A stretch of 64,000 nt of DNA from Takakia lepidozioides (taxonomy: Eukaryota; Plantae; Bryophyta), in contig CM060732.1 in NCBI GenBank assembly GCA_030704615.1, forward strand, positions 69,254,001-69,318,000, written 5' to 3'. The notes under the pieces are model-generated. The model did no database searches and had not been told where the DNA came from. It saw only the letters and a list, made by a program, of their open reading frames with translations. The stretch's first letter is position 1; each line of letters begins with the position of its first letter. Made by a program: the position numbers and the translations under genes. This document shows, piece after piece, positions 1 through 12,300 of this stretch.

Positions 1-3000
1 GCAGTGCGCTTGGCTCCACCGTGGCCCGCAAGCGGGCTATCATGGCATTCTCTCAAGAGACTATCCCTGATCCCTCCCTTTGGCACATAGAGACGTTTTT
101 GCTTATACCGGAGCAGTCCGTTTTGCAAGTGGAACTGCGATTTAACCCCCATTCTCAAGTTCTGCATCACGCACTTTGCCAGCTCATCCTTCCGGCAAGC
201 CTTCCGGATCTTCCTTTGGAGCGCCGTCTCGCCCTTGTACACCAACAAGAGCTGCTGCTTTCTACTTAAAGCATCGGCCACCACATTGTCCCGTCCCGGT
301 TTGTACTGGATATCCACGTCGAACACTGCCAAAGTATCTTGCCACCTAAGTTGTTTTGGGGACAACTTGGGCTGCGTGGCAAAATACTTCACCGTGACAT
401 TGTCCGTGAACACCTTCACTGGGTTGGAACCAACATAGTGGCGCCAGAGTTCAAGGCAATGTACCACCGCCTTCATCTCTTTTTCGTGCGTCGGCCACCG
501 TCGCTCCACTTCATTCAGTTTCTTACTTTCGTAAGCCACTGGACGTCCATCTTGCATAAGTACACCCCCAATTGCGAAGTCCGATGCATCTGTATGAATC
601 TCAAACGGACGATCGAACTCCGGGATTTTTAAGACTGGAGCTTCCGTCATCCGCTGCTTCAATTCAGCAAAAGCTTGGCCACAAAATGTGTTCCATACCC
701 AGACTTTGGATTTACACAGAAGGTCCGACAGCGGCCCCGCGATCTTGGCGAAATTTCTCACATACTTCCGGTAATAGGAGGCGAGTCCTAGGAAGGATCG
801 CACTCCCGGGACCGAAGTCGGAGGCTCCCAGTCCAAGATCGCCCTCACCTTTCTGTCATCCATTTTGATCCCATCCTGTGTAATCACGTGCCCCAAGAAC
901 TCCACTTTTGTGACCCCGAATTCGCACTTTGAAGCTTTGGCATACAGCTTCCCTTCTCGCAATTTTGGAACACCCTTTTGAGGTGCTCCAGGTGCTCCTC
1001 CTTTGTTTTCGAGTACACCAAGATGTCGTCGATGTACACGATCACAAAGTCATCCAACCACTCCTGGAAAAGGCTGTTCATCAGCGTGCTAAATGTCGCT
1101 GGTGCATTGGTGAGCCCAAAAGGCATCACCAAGAACTCATATGAACCATACCTTGTCCTGCACGCGGTCTTCTCCTCATCTCCTTCCGCCACCCGAATTT
1201 GTGATAGCCGGAGCGCAAGTCGATCCGGCTGAAATACTTCGCTCCTGCCAACCGATCGAAGAGGTCGTCGATCCTTGGCAAAGGGTACCGGTTTTTGATA
1301 GTCACCTTATTCAGAGCCCTGTAATCGACACACATCCGCAGCGTCCCATCCTTCTTGTCTGCAAATAGCACCGGGGCTCCGTAAGGTGACTTACTCGGCC
1401 GGATGTACCCCTTTGACATTAGATCTTGAGCTGAGTCTTCAGCTCGACCAACTCTTTGTGGCTCAACCGGTAGGGCGCCTTGGCAGGCGGTTCCGATCCC
1501 GGTATCACCTCAATTTTGTGGTCAACTCCTCTTCGCGGTGGCAAGCCGCTTGGTAAATCCTCCGGCATCACATCCTGGTATTTCTCCAAAATCCCCTTGA
1601 TCCAATCTGGGCTCGGCTCCCCATCGCCTTCTCCTTTCACTTCTCTAATGTAAAGCAAAAACTGGGACTCGTGTGTCTCCTCCACGGCCCACTCCTTTGC
1701 TGATAGAAGGTTTATTCGCCCTCCCACGGATTTGGGCGTTTCCGACACTCGTAAAACCTCGCCACCATTCCCACATGGCAGCGTGACTACTCTCTTGCGG
1801 CCATCTATGACCGCTCCGGATTTGCTCAAAAAGGTCATTCCCAAAATGAGATCCACTCCATCGATCTCGCAGATAGTGAAGTTCTCACGTCCCTCCCAAC
1901 TCCCCAGTTGAGGAACATCAAACGCCAACCTTGTCGCCAACTGAGGTTCTCCTTTGGCAGAGCGCACCTCAATAGAGGCCCCCACGTCACTTGTCGGGGA
2001 GTCCCAACTTTCGCGCCGCCCCGGCGTCATGAAGGAGTGCGACGCTCCTGTGTCCACCAACAACGACACATTAGTTCCGGATATTATCCCATCCACGAAC
2101 AATAACTGACTCCCTTTTCGTAAGGCGCCAGTTTCCTGATACAACTCACAAGAAAATTTGCCCTTACCTGCTGGCGACCACCGCTTCCACCAAGCGACTG
2201 ATGGTATCTTCCGACAGCTCCGTGGTCGCCCGAGTCATGTTCAATTGCCGGGGCTTCGTGCACTTCTTGGCCATGTGCCCGGGCTCCCCGCAATTGAAAC
2301 ACACTCCATCAAAGGTCGCCTTCTGTCCGCCATAAGTCGCTCCACCCGCTTTCCTTTCGAAGCACCGGGTGCCGCCTTGACGTGAAGGACCTCCCTTCGA
2401 TTTCCACGTGCCATTTTCGCCGCGTGGCCTATCCCACTTCTTTTCCGGTCGGAGGAGTCACCTTCCCGCCGGGTCTTCTTGTGGTTCAGCTCCGTACGGC
2501 CTTGTCTCTCACCCCTAGGGACATCCGAGAAACATTCAGCTCTCTCAATTGCCTCGTTCAAAGTCTTGGGTGGCTTCTCCTCCAACTTCCGCCTAGCCCA
2601 TGGGGCCAGTCCCGCCACAAAGTTGAAGACCATTTCTGGTTCTGCCATGTCCGCGACTTCGAGCAACAGCACATTGAAAGCCTGGACATACCCCCGAATG
2701 TCATCTGTTTGCTTCAAATTCCTCATCTTGTCCCGGGCAAGCCAGGATGCGTTGAGGGGCACAAACTGTCTCTTCATCAATTCCTTGAACCACTCCAGTT
2801 CAAGGTTTCCGGGCTTGGGCCTCGGTCGTGAAGGCGTTTCTGCCACCATTGTTGAGCATAGCCCCTCAAATAGGTGGGAGCCACTTCCACCGATCCTCGT
2901 CACTCAACTTGGCCGCCCGGAAGTACTGCTCTAGCTCCAGGAGCCAGGTGTTGAGTGCCTTCCGGTTTCGAACGCCCTCGAAGGTGCCGGGTTCCTTAGG

Positions 3001-3313
3001 CTTCACCTTAAACTTTGCCTTGGTGGAAGTGGCATTAGCCGCCTTCAACACGTCTTTCAACGTCCCGCCAAACTGCGCCAACAACCCTTCCCAAAAGGCT
3101 GCCGGCATGGGAGGCATCTCTTGGTTTGTCGGAGCTCTCAAAGATTCCTCGGGCTCCGACTCCTCGGATTCCTCCCGCTCCTGAGCGGCCTCGTTTTCGG
3201 AAACATTAATCGCTTCCTCAAACGGCCGCCTCGGTGACACGTCGCCCCCATCGGGCTCACGGATCATCATCTTTTGGGCCGTTCCGCTTTCGCTTCGGCT
3301 TGCCCGACCCCAT
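1..3313 (-). pseudogene. gag-pol polyprotein, frameshifted
   Basis: ORF pieces 2866-3378, 2241-2903, 1419-2144, 1126-1419 and 884-1192 give Gag, a CCHC knuckle, aspartic protease and RT motifs in shifting frames. Confidence 0.93.
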
Positions 3314-3354
3314 GATGAGGCCAATCCCAAGGACGATCGCGTACTGAACTCTAA

Positions 3355-3366
3355 GCTCTGATACCA
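3355..3366 (-). promoter_or_regulatory. primer-binding site for initiator tRNA-Met
   Basis: Minus strand reads TGGTATCAGAGC, 2 nt inside the 5' LTR. Confidence 0.9.
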
Positions 3367-3368
3367 AG

Positions 3369-4091
3369 TGTCGCACACCTCATTCGGTAAACTCCCCTTT
3401 CAAGTCATAGTTACTCGCTTTGATGCGCGCGCCTGACTCCCAACCTGGCCGCCGGGCCAACTTGGAGTTTCGGCTGCTCACCGGGACATAACGGTCCCCT
3501 TCCGCTTCCTCTAAACCCTCCACCTATTTGGGACTAGGAGAATTCCCTTTGGTAGATGGCAGTCCGGAACAGCTCCCCACTCTTTGGTCGCTTTCCGGCT
3601 CGCTCGCTTACTCACTAGTTTTTGGTCACCAACGGGCTTGCACCGTTCTCGGGGTTACTACTCCCTATATATACTTCTGTAGCTGTCCGCGGGGGTTTCA
3701 TAACCAGCCATGCCATTTTATGGCGAACCACCACGAAAACCCTCGACTCCCGGTGGTGAGTCGCGGTGAGTCTTGGCCCACTCACCGCGGCCCCAATGGA
3801 CCGTGATGAGTCCCAAGACTCCCCACGACTCCCACCTCGAGGTCTCCACCCCATGGTGAGTCCTATGCCACCCCCACTAAGTCCCACTAAGCTACCACCA
3901 CCCCTTGTGGAGCCACCTCCACCGCAACCCGGTGTGCGGGGCTCCACCTAGTGAGCGCCTCCGCCTCCTTGAGTGCCTTGGGCACTCAAGGGTGCTTCAG
4001 CCCCCCATACCTATCGCTGCCGCTGCCCCCACCACAGGGGCAGCCCCTCATGTGTCCCGACCCCCTGCCCTCAAGGCAAAGGGCCGCGACA
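3369..4091 (-). repeat. 5' LTR of gypsy copy 1 (723 bp)
   Basis: TGTCGC...GCGACA termini; highly similar to 7844-8525 and 14365-15087. Confidence 0.95.
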
Positions 4092-5436
4092 ACTATGGTA
4101 CAAACAATCATGAGAAGAAAACGCCATTGTCTTGGTGATATGGTAAGAGGTTTTTACACAAACCCACATGTCGTGGAGTAATGTATCATACCACCAAGGT
4201 AATGACCTTTTTTTTTTTAACAATTATTGTACTACAAAATGTGTTAGTCGGGCTTCTCGTTGCTATGCACTCCTAATGACGACTTCAGAGAACAATATCC
4301 AAGAAAATGTGATGGATTCAAAGTTCAACATGGTAGTCCATTGGGTAAAGTGGCCTCATAAGTTACGCTTGCTTTGCAAGATCAGTCTTCCTATTCTTAA
4401 AAAACATCTATCTGTTATAGAGTTCGTCGATGTATATTTTTACTCTATTAATAGATCTCTATTTTAGATTTTACAAAGAATAGTGAAGAAGCAAAAAGTT
4501 TGGAAATGAGTATTCATCATCACATGTCAGCGTTAAATTATACCCATGTACAACCTCGTAATATATAAATTAAAATGCACTCACCACAAAAATCAAAATC
4601 AATTTTTGAAATATTCTTATAAGGATTGGATATGCCTAAGCATTTAAAATAATTCTTTATGCCAAATCATAGGGGGTTTATTTTGTTTTTCCTTTACTAA
4701 ACACTTGAACATGCTCTACTATCTTATTTGATCAGTGTATGGATAAATAAAATAGTAATAGTAGAGTCTGTGAGATACTGACCCTTTTACAAAGTTAGTT
4801 TTGGGTGCCAGCCTACCCTGATAAATGAGGGCGCTACCACATGAGCGGCAGTGGAAAAAAACGTAACCTGCTGATTGGTTGACGGATCGTAAACTGACAC
4901 CCTCACCTACCACACGGGAGGAACGGCAATGAGAAGGCAATGTGATGTGGTGCTTATGTGGAGTCTCTCCGCAGAAGTAGGATTTCCAGGGATTATTGCC
5001 TTATAGAAATCCGAAATGTTAGGGAACTTCTTTGTCGTGATCTGCTCTTTCCCGGAACCCTTTACGAGTACAGCAAAGGGGGACTTTGCCACATGTGCTG
5101 TCCTAGTGGGCTTTTCAAGTGGGAATAACAAAACTATGCTACAATCCTAGCCACGGACCTCCGTGTCACTGGAGCTCACTGCCCCTCATGTGGTAAGGCC
5201 CTGAGACTCGGTCCAATTTTTTAGGTTTGGGCCGGCTTCAAACGGTCACAGGAGGTACAATCTGATTATTGGATGGAACTGGGTGTTTATTAATGGGCGG
5301 ACATCTACATCTATTCCAGCCTCATTTGTGACTTTCATGTGTATACAATATGATTTATTTTTTTTTAAATCTTGGTGGTATGGTGAAGATGTCATTGTCC
5401 CAATGATATGGTACAAGGTTTGAATTCCGTGCAAAC

Positions 5437-5798
5437 CAATGTTGTACTGGTATAGAGGGTTTCACCTGGGTATCAATACTGGGTATAAATCTGGTATTGC
5501 AGAACCTACCCGACTGTTATTGATTTTTCAATACCAGTATTGATACCAGTACTACCGTACCCAGCCATCTTCCTCATTTATATTGGTATCAATATTATAT
5601 ATATATATATATATAATAGATAATATAATATGTTTATTTATTTTGTTTATTTACTTGGAATGATATCCTATTGATACTATATACCACATGATATTTGTGG
5701 TCATAATACTCATATTCATACCAGTATATTACAAAAACATTTTCACCATTATAGATACCCAACTGGTATGTCCTAAACCTGATACCAGTACAACACTA
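5437..5798. mobile_element. hAT-type MITE (362 bp)
   Basis: TIR CAATGTTGTACTGGTAT / ATACCAGTACAACACTA. The 8-bp flanks GTGCAAAC and TTGCAAAC match at 7 of 8 positions. Internal GGTAT/ATACC repeats. Confidence 0.75.
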
Positions 5799-5928
5799 TT
5801 GCAAACCCACAGGCCATGGAGTAGTCACATATCAAAGGTCACCAAGGCAATGACATTTTTATTATTACAATTATTGTACTACAAAAATATACCATGGCTT
5901 TGTGTGGCTCCGCACTCTTGGTCATGAC

Positions 5929-6669
5929 CAGTGATGGTCGGGTATGACAATTTGGGCATATTGAAGGGTCCAGGTAAGGCATCTTTGTTTAAATCGGTAT
6001 GGAGGCGATTATATATAATGTAGGGTTTGGAAATTGTGGCGGATAGAGGTTATCAATAGAAGTGTCCCCCAAAAAAAGTTTTGAGGTTATCGATATGCCA
6101 TTATCCAAGTGGAACACCACCGGGTCCCAATACAACGGTTATCAATATAACCTGATTTTCGGTTATGATACATTAAGATTTTAAGAGGACCAGAAAGAAA
6201 AACAAACAAACAAAAGGAAACAAAATGAATTGTGAAGATTCACAATTAAGAGGACCAGAATTGGTTCCGAAAAGAGAAAAAAAGAGAAAAGAAAAGAGAT
6301 AGGAGTCCTACAACCCCATATGTGGGTTTTTTTTTCCAAAAGCCTTTGACTAACAGTCCTCTTAAATGCGGACCCCATGTGGCTACATAATTACTACCCA
6401 TGAATGCAGCCAGGTTCTAATAAAATCTCAAGGTATTGTTCAAAAGTTACTACCCGACTGATTTTCAAGGTTCAAGTCCGGTTCCATGTAATAAACCAAG
6501 TTGGCCCCTGCCGGTTCTAGCTTGGGCCGGGTAAGTGGCGAGATGGCCCTCGCCGGTTCTAACTCAAGCCGGGTCCACCAAAAATTTGGATGGCGGGTCT
6601 CAATAGTATGATACCCTGATTATTACCTGGCCGGGTATGTAGGTCAACATATATACCCACCCAACACTG
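5929..6669. mobile_element. non-autonomous hAT element (741 bp)
   Basis: TIR CAGTGATGGTCGGGTAT / ATACCCACCCAACACTG. Perfect 8-bp TSD GTCATGAC at 5921-5928 and 6670-6677. Confidence 0.85.
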
Positions 6670-7843
6670 GTCATGACGACTACAAGAGAAACATGGTTTT
6701 ACAACTAGGTTTCAGGACTATTTTTTAGTCAAAAGTCCATCATGACTAATAATCCTGAACACCTCGTTGTGGGGCCATGGAGTCATATGTACCTGACAGT
6801 CACATATCCCATGACTAGCTTGAAGTGACGTGTCGAAGCGGGTTGACCAAAGGTTGACGTGTAGTCATGGTGACGACTACAGACATCCGCGTGGAGGACA
6901 CGCGGTGAGGTGGCTGCTTGTTACGTGTCCATATTGAGGATAACGAGGGACAACCACACTGTGGATAGAGGAAGATGATCCCACGTGGCCTAATGAGGGT
7001 GAGGATGGCTGGGGTTTCCGCACTTCCCAATTCTTTGAGGATGTGAAAATCAAGCCACAGAAGAAATCCAGTGATGAGGATGACAGTGATGATGAGGATG
7101 ATGATCTAGCATTGAATTGGGAAACAGAAGCTGATGAATGGATCATAATGAAGATTATATCTGTAGAGTGGGAGGCTACAGTGTTTGCAGATCCCAGTCC
7201 TCTCAGTCTATGTGTTTGCCAGATACGGTCGCAGGTTCATGTATCAGCCTACCATACTCTCTCGTTTCCAGTGGTGGCGGTTTTGGTTCTAGAGTTTGAC
7301 CAATGGATGGAGAAATTTGGTGATGTAGTTGTTCCACTTAAAAGTCCTTGGGTAGGGTCCTGGAGGGCTCCTAGAATATTCCAGGTCAGTCAATGGTTTC
7401 CAAGGCGTATTACGGTTTCTTACGAGTATAAATCGTCCAAACATGAGATAGCAATGTGCTTGCAGAAGATAGTTGTCAGACTCTACTTAGTATCTCAATT
7501 TATTTACATGGTATCAAGTGGGTTGGTTGTTGGTATCAAGTGGGCTGCTGTGGGAGCTGAAACGTGCTCCTGAGAGCATTGTAGAACTAATCAGGGCACT
7601 CATTTGTTGGGATCCTTTGGCATAGTACTCATAAGACTTTGTTTATTGTAGCCTTGTGGCCATAGACCCCACGCCCAGTTTGCACAGAAACATAGGGAAC
7701 AGAAGCCTATGTAAGGGGCTCACTCCAGAAGTTTGATTTACCTTGGTAAAGACAATTAATTCAGGCTTTCCAGATATCGTCTTAACATCAATGTATTGTA
7801 TGTGAGTAGCCCAAAAAGTTAGAGCCCAACAGGCCAGGGCTTA

Positions 7844-8525
7844 TGTCGCGCACCTCACTTCGGTAAGCTCCCCTTCGAGTTATAGTTACTCACTTTGATG
7901 CGCGCGCCTAACTCCCAACCTGGCCGCCGGGCCAACTCGGAGCTTCGGCTGCTCACCGAGACATAACGGTCCCCCTTTACTCTTCCAAGAAACCCTCCAC
8001 CAATTTGGACCTAGTGGAAATTCCCTTTGGTAGATGGCAGTCCGGAATAGCTCCCTACTCCTTGGTCGCTTTCCGCCTCGCTCGCTTACTCACTAGTTTT
8101 TGGTCACCAACGACCTTGCACCGTTCTCGGGGTTACTACTCTCTATATATACTTCTGTCACTGTCCGCGGGGGTTTCACAAACAACCATACCATTTTATG
8201 GCGAACCACCACGAAGACCCTCGATTCCCGGTGATGAGTCGCAATGAATCTTGGCCCACCCACCACGGCCCCATTGGACTATGGTGAGTCCCAAGACTCC
8301 CCATGACTCCCACCACAAGGTCTCCGCCCCATGGTGAGTCCTATGCCACCCCCACTAAGTCCCACTAAGCTACCATCATCCCTTGTGGAGCCACCCCCAC
8401 CGCAACCCAGTGTGCGAGGCTCCACCTAGTGAGTGCCTCCGCCTCCTTGAGTGCCTTGGGCACTCAAGGGTGCTTCAGCCCCTCTGTGTCCCGACCCCCT
8501 GCCCTCAAGGCAAAGGGCCGCGACA
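7844..8525 (-). repeat. 3' LTR of gypsy copy 2 (682 bp)
   Basis: Matches 14365-15087 except for substitutions and a deletion between AGCCCC microhomologies near the right end. Confidence 0.95.
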
Positions 8526-9362
8526 CACACCCTACCAACAGGGAGTCGATTTGTCCATTTTGTAGAAACGAACATCCTAGTTGTGGCGTCCCACATCAAG
8601 GAGTTTGTTTCCGCACCATGGCGTCCCATGGCAAAGAACCAAACCCCACACTTGACTCTACTCTCCACTAGCTAGTTCGACCGACTTTCTCCAAGTCCCG
8701 GCCAAGGGTGGAGCCTCTCAAGCTCCTCCGAGTGCACTCTTCTTGGCCCACTTCACGGCCAAGGAACGATCCTCCCCGAGGATCGAATCGCCTTACTGCA
8801 ACAACATTGCTTGCGACCACTCATGATGCCATTTTTGGCATCACCTTGAGCAAAGGTTCACCTTGAACCCTTTTTTACTAGGAAGATAACCTTGAACCAA
8901 CCGTGCGCCCCAATCACTACAATTGGGTCCGCCTTGGAATGATGGCCTAAGGTACGGGAACATGCTGAAACCGCACTACGACTTCGTCCCGAGACTACAC
9001 GATTATAATACGTGAACGGAAGCACATAGCTTCCGCGTTAGCCCGCACTACAAGGCAAACCCCTCGGTAGCGCAGTTATAATACGCGCACGCGCCAGGTG
9101 CGCACTAGCACGTGAACTCCCAAAGAAGGCGCAAGTTTCCTTGCCCCTTGGATGGGAGTCACCCGATTTCAGCACTGCGCAAACACACGATTAATCCAAT
9201 TTACCTCTCCCACTTTTGTAAGCTAGCATGCATTCTACACACTAGCCAACCATACCATGCATCACCATTCCAAACAAAATAAGAGGCGCAACATTTGGAA
9301 ACCATTGCATTTATAACAAAATTTGTACAACACAAGTTTTTGCAATCGGATTCCTGAGCTAG

Positions 9363-12300
9363 CTAAGTCAGGCTAAGCATGCATTTCCTCCCCCACGATC
9401 CAAGGTTGATGTCCCCATCAACGCTTCTTCCGCTTTTGAGGTCGCCTTCGAAAGCTGCAACCGCCTCGGATGCGTTTCCCATTTCTGAGGCACGCACCCA
9501 AGATGCCTCCACATGATAATAGCCCGTCCATTTCACGAGATACTCCGTTTCTCGATTCTTGAACCTCCTCGACTTAAGCACTGCCTCCACCTCGTACTCA
9601 GGTTCATTTTCATGATCCAACGGCACAGGTGGCGGACGCAACACTTGATGCCGATTCGGACGCGCTTCATCTTTGAAGTAAGGCTTCAAAAGGGAGACGT
9701 GGATTACCGGATGCACCTTGCTGTTTGCCGGCAGCTCCAATTCATACACATCCTCATTCATAACCTTGGATGCGAAAGGTCCCGCATACGGAGGTACAAA
9801 CTTCGGACTCACTTCCGGAGGTAGTCGAAAATTCTTGATGTTCAACCAGACCTCCGTGCCTGCCTCAAACTTGACTTCCCTCCGCTTACGATTTGCCTGC
9901 CGTTCATACCGTTTCCTAGCTTTGGCGATGTTGTACTTTGCGAGTTTCAACAAGCACTCGCGTTCCTCCAACACCGCTGCTGCTGTCGGTTCCTCAACGT
10001 CTTGGGCAGCCCAACTTGTCGGCACTATAGGTGCTTTTCCATAGACCAATACGAAAGGGGAAAAAACCCGTTGTGAGTATTTGTGTTATTATAACAGAAC
10101 TCTGCCGCGTCCAAGTGCTCCACCCAGTCCGATTGGTCCGCCGACACGTAATTCCGCAAGATCTGCTTCACCACGGAATTCACCCTTTCTGTTTGGCCGT
10201 CCGTCGTAGGTCGGAAGGTGGTGCTCATCTTGAGCCTCGTCCCCATCTTCTTCCAAAGTGCCCTCCAAAATTTACTCGTAAACTTTGGATCGCGGTCCGA
10301 CAATATCCTTCGGGAGTCCATGATGCTTGAAGACGTGGGCGAAGTAAAGTCGCCCCGTCTCCTGTGCCGTTGCCGTCTCCTTGGTGGGGATGAAATGACC
10401 CATTTTAGTGAACCTATCCACCACCACCATGATTGCATCGAATCATTTTGACAGCGGCATAACAGTCATGAAATCCATCGAGACACTTTCCCAAGACCCC
10501 TCTGGAAATGGGGAATGCACTTCGGGATGAACCGTACAATCTTGAGCTCGATAGAAGTGCCCCCACCAGGCTTTGGGCGTGTGTATCAGATGGCCACGGC
10601 ACGCTCAGCTGTTCGCAATGAGGTGTACACCATCACCATTTCAGAATTACCCACCTGCAATTGCACCGACTTCCAGATCATGGCGAACAAGGGGGCATCA
10701 TACTGCCCTTGCAAGCATCTGTACTACGTGTACTAAAGAGACTCCGGTGTAATTCCATAACTCATCACTTCATACATGCACCAGGGTTGAGCCCCCAAGA
10801 GGTGCACACTCTCTGAATATGGATCCAGGGGACTAGTGACCTTGGCTTGAGGTCCCAACACTATGGTACGCCCATCCTTTTCGGATAGTATAACTGTACT
10901 AACCCCGCTTGCTTTTTGTACTCGCTCCGGTTTTGTTGGCATGTGGTGCATGTCTTGACATACTCCTCGGCCTCCTCCCTTAGTTTGAGCCAGAAATACT
11001 TTTTCTTCAAGAGTGTCGCGGTGCGCTTGGCTCCGCCGTGGCCCGCAAGCGGGCCATCATGGCATTATCTCAAGAGACTATCTCTGATCCCTCCCTTCGG
11101 CACGTAGAGACGTTTTGCTTATACCAGGAAGTCCATTTTTCAAGTGGAACTGCGATTAACCCCATCCTCAATCCGCATCGGACTTCGGCATCTCATCCTT
11201 CCGGTAAGCCTTCCAGATTTTTCTTTGGAGCGCCGTCTCGCCCCTGTACACCAACATAAGCTGCTGCTTTCTACTTAAAGCATCGGCCACCACATTGTCT
11301 CGTCCCGGTTTGTACTGGATATCCACGTCGAAGACCGCCAAAGTATCTGCACCTAAGTTGTTTTGGGGACAACTTAGGCTGCGTGGCAAAATACTCACCG
11401 TGACATTGTCCGTGAACACCTTCACCGGGTGGAACCAACATAGTGGCGCCAAAACTCAAGGCAATGCACCACGCGCCTTCATTTCCTTCTCATGCGTAGG
11501 CCACTGTCGCTCTTCATTCAGTTTCATACTTTCATAAGCCACTGGACGTCCATCCTGCATGAGTACACCCCCTATAGCGAAGTCCGACGCATCCGTATGA
11601 ATCTCAAATGGACGGTCGAACTCCGGGATTTTGAGGACCGGAGCTTCCGCCATCCGCAGCTTCAACTCGACAAAAGCTTGACCACAAAAGGTGTTCCATA
11701 CCCAGACTTTGGATTTACACAAAAGGTCTGACAGTGGCCCCGCGATCTTGGCAAAATCTCTCACATACTTCCGGTAATAGGAGGCGAGTCCTAGGAAGGA
11801 TCGCACCCCGGGACCGAAGTCGGAGGCTCCCAGTCCAAGATCACCATCACCTTCTGTCATCTTTTGATCCCATCCTGGTAATCACATGCCCCAGGAACTC
11901 CACTTTGTGACCCCGAATTCGCACTTTGAAGCTTTGGCATACAGCTTCCCTTCCCGCAATTTCTGGAACACCCTTTTGAGGTGCTCCAAGTGCTCTTCTT
12001 TTGTTTTCGAGTACACCAAGATGTCGTCGATGTACACGATGACAAAGTCATCCAGCCACTCCTGGAAAAGGTTGTTCATTAACGTGCTAAAGGTCGCAGT
12101 GCGTTGGTGAGTCCAAAAGGCATCACAAGAACTCATACGAACCATATCTTGTCCATGCACACGGTTTTTTCTCTCATCTCCTTCCGCCACTCGGATTTGA
12201 TGGTAGCCGGAGCGCAAATCGATCCGGCTGAAATACTTCGCTCCTGCCAAACCGATCGAAGAGGTCGTCGATTCTTGGCAAAGGGTAATGGTTCTTGATA

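Larger units (their letters stand above)
1..4091 (-). mobile_element. Ty3/gypsy (chromovirus-type) LTR retrotransposon, copy 1, truncated by window start
   Basis: Gag, protease (LVDTGAS), RT (YIDDILVY), RNase H and integrase start on the minus strand. The 5' LTR and PBS are at 3355-4091. Colinear with copy 2. Confidence 0.95.

Noticed and set aside
8526-9362. Extra (env-like) ORF between pol and the 3' LTR
   Set aside because: No substantial ORF is present, so it is treated as a non-coding 3' region.
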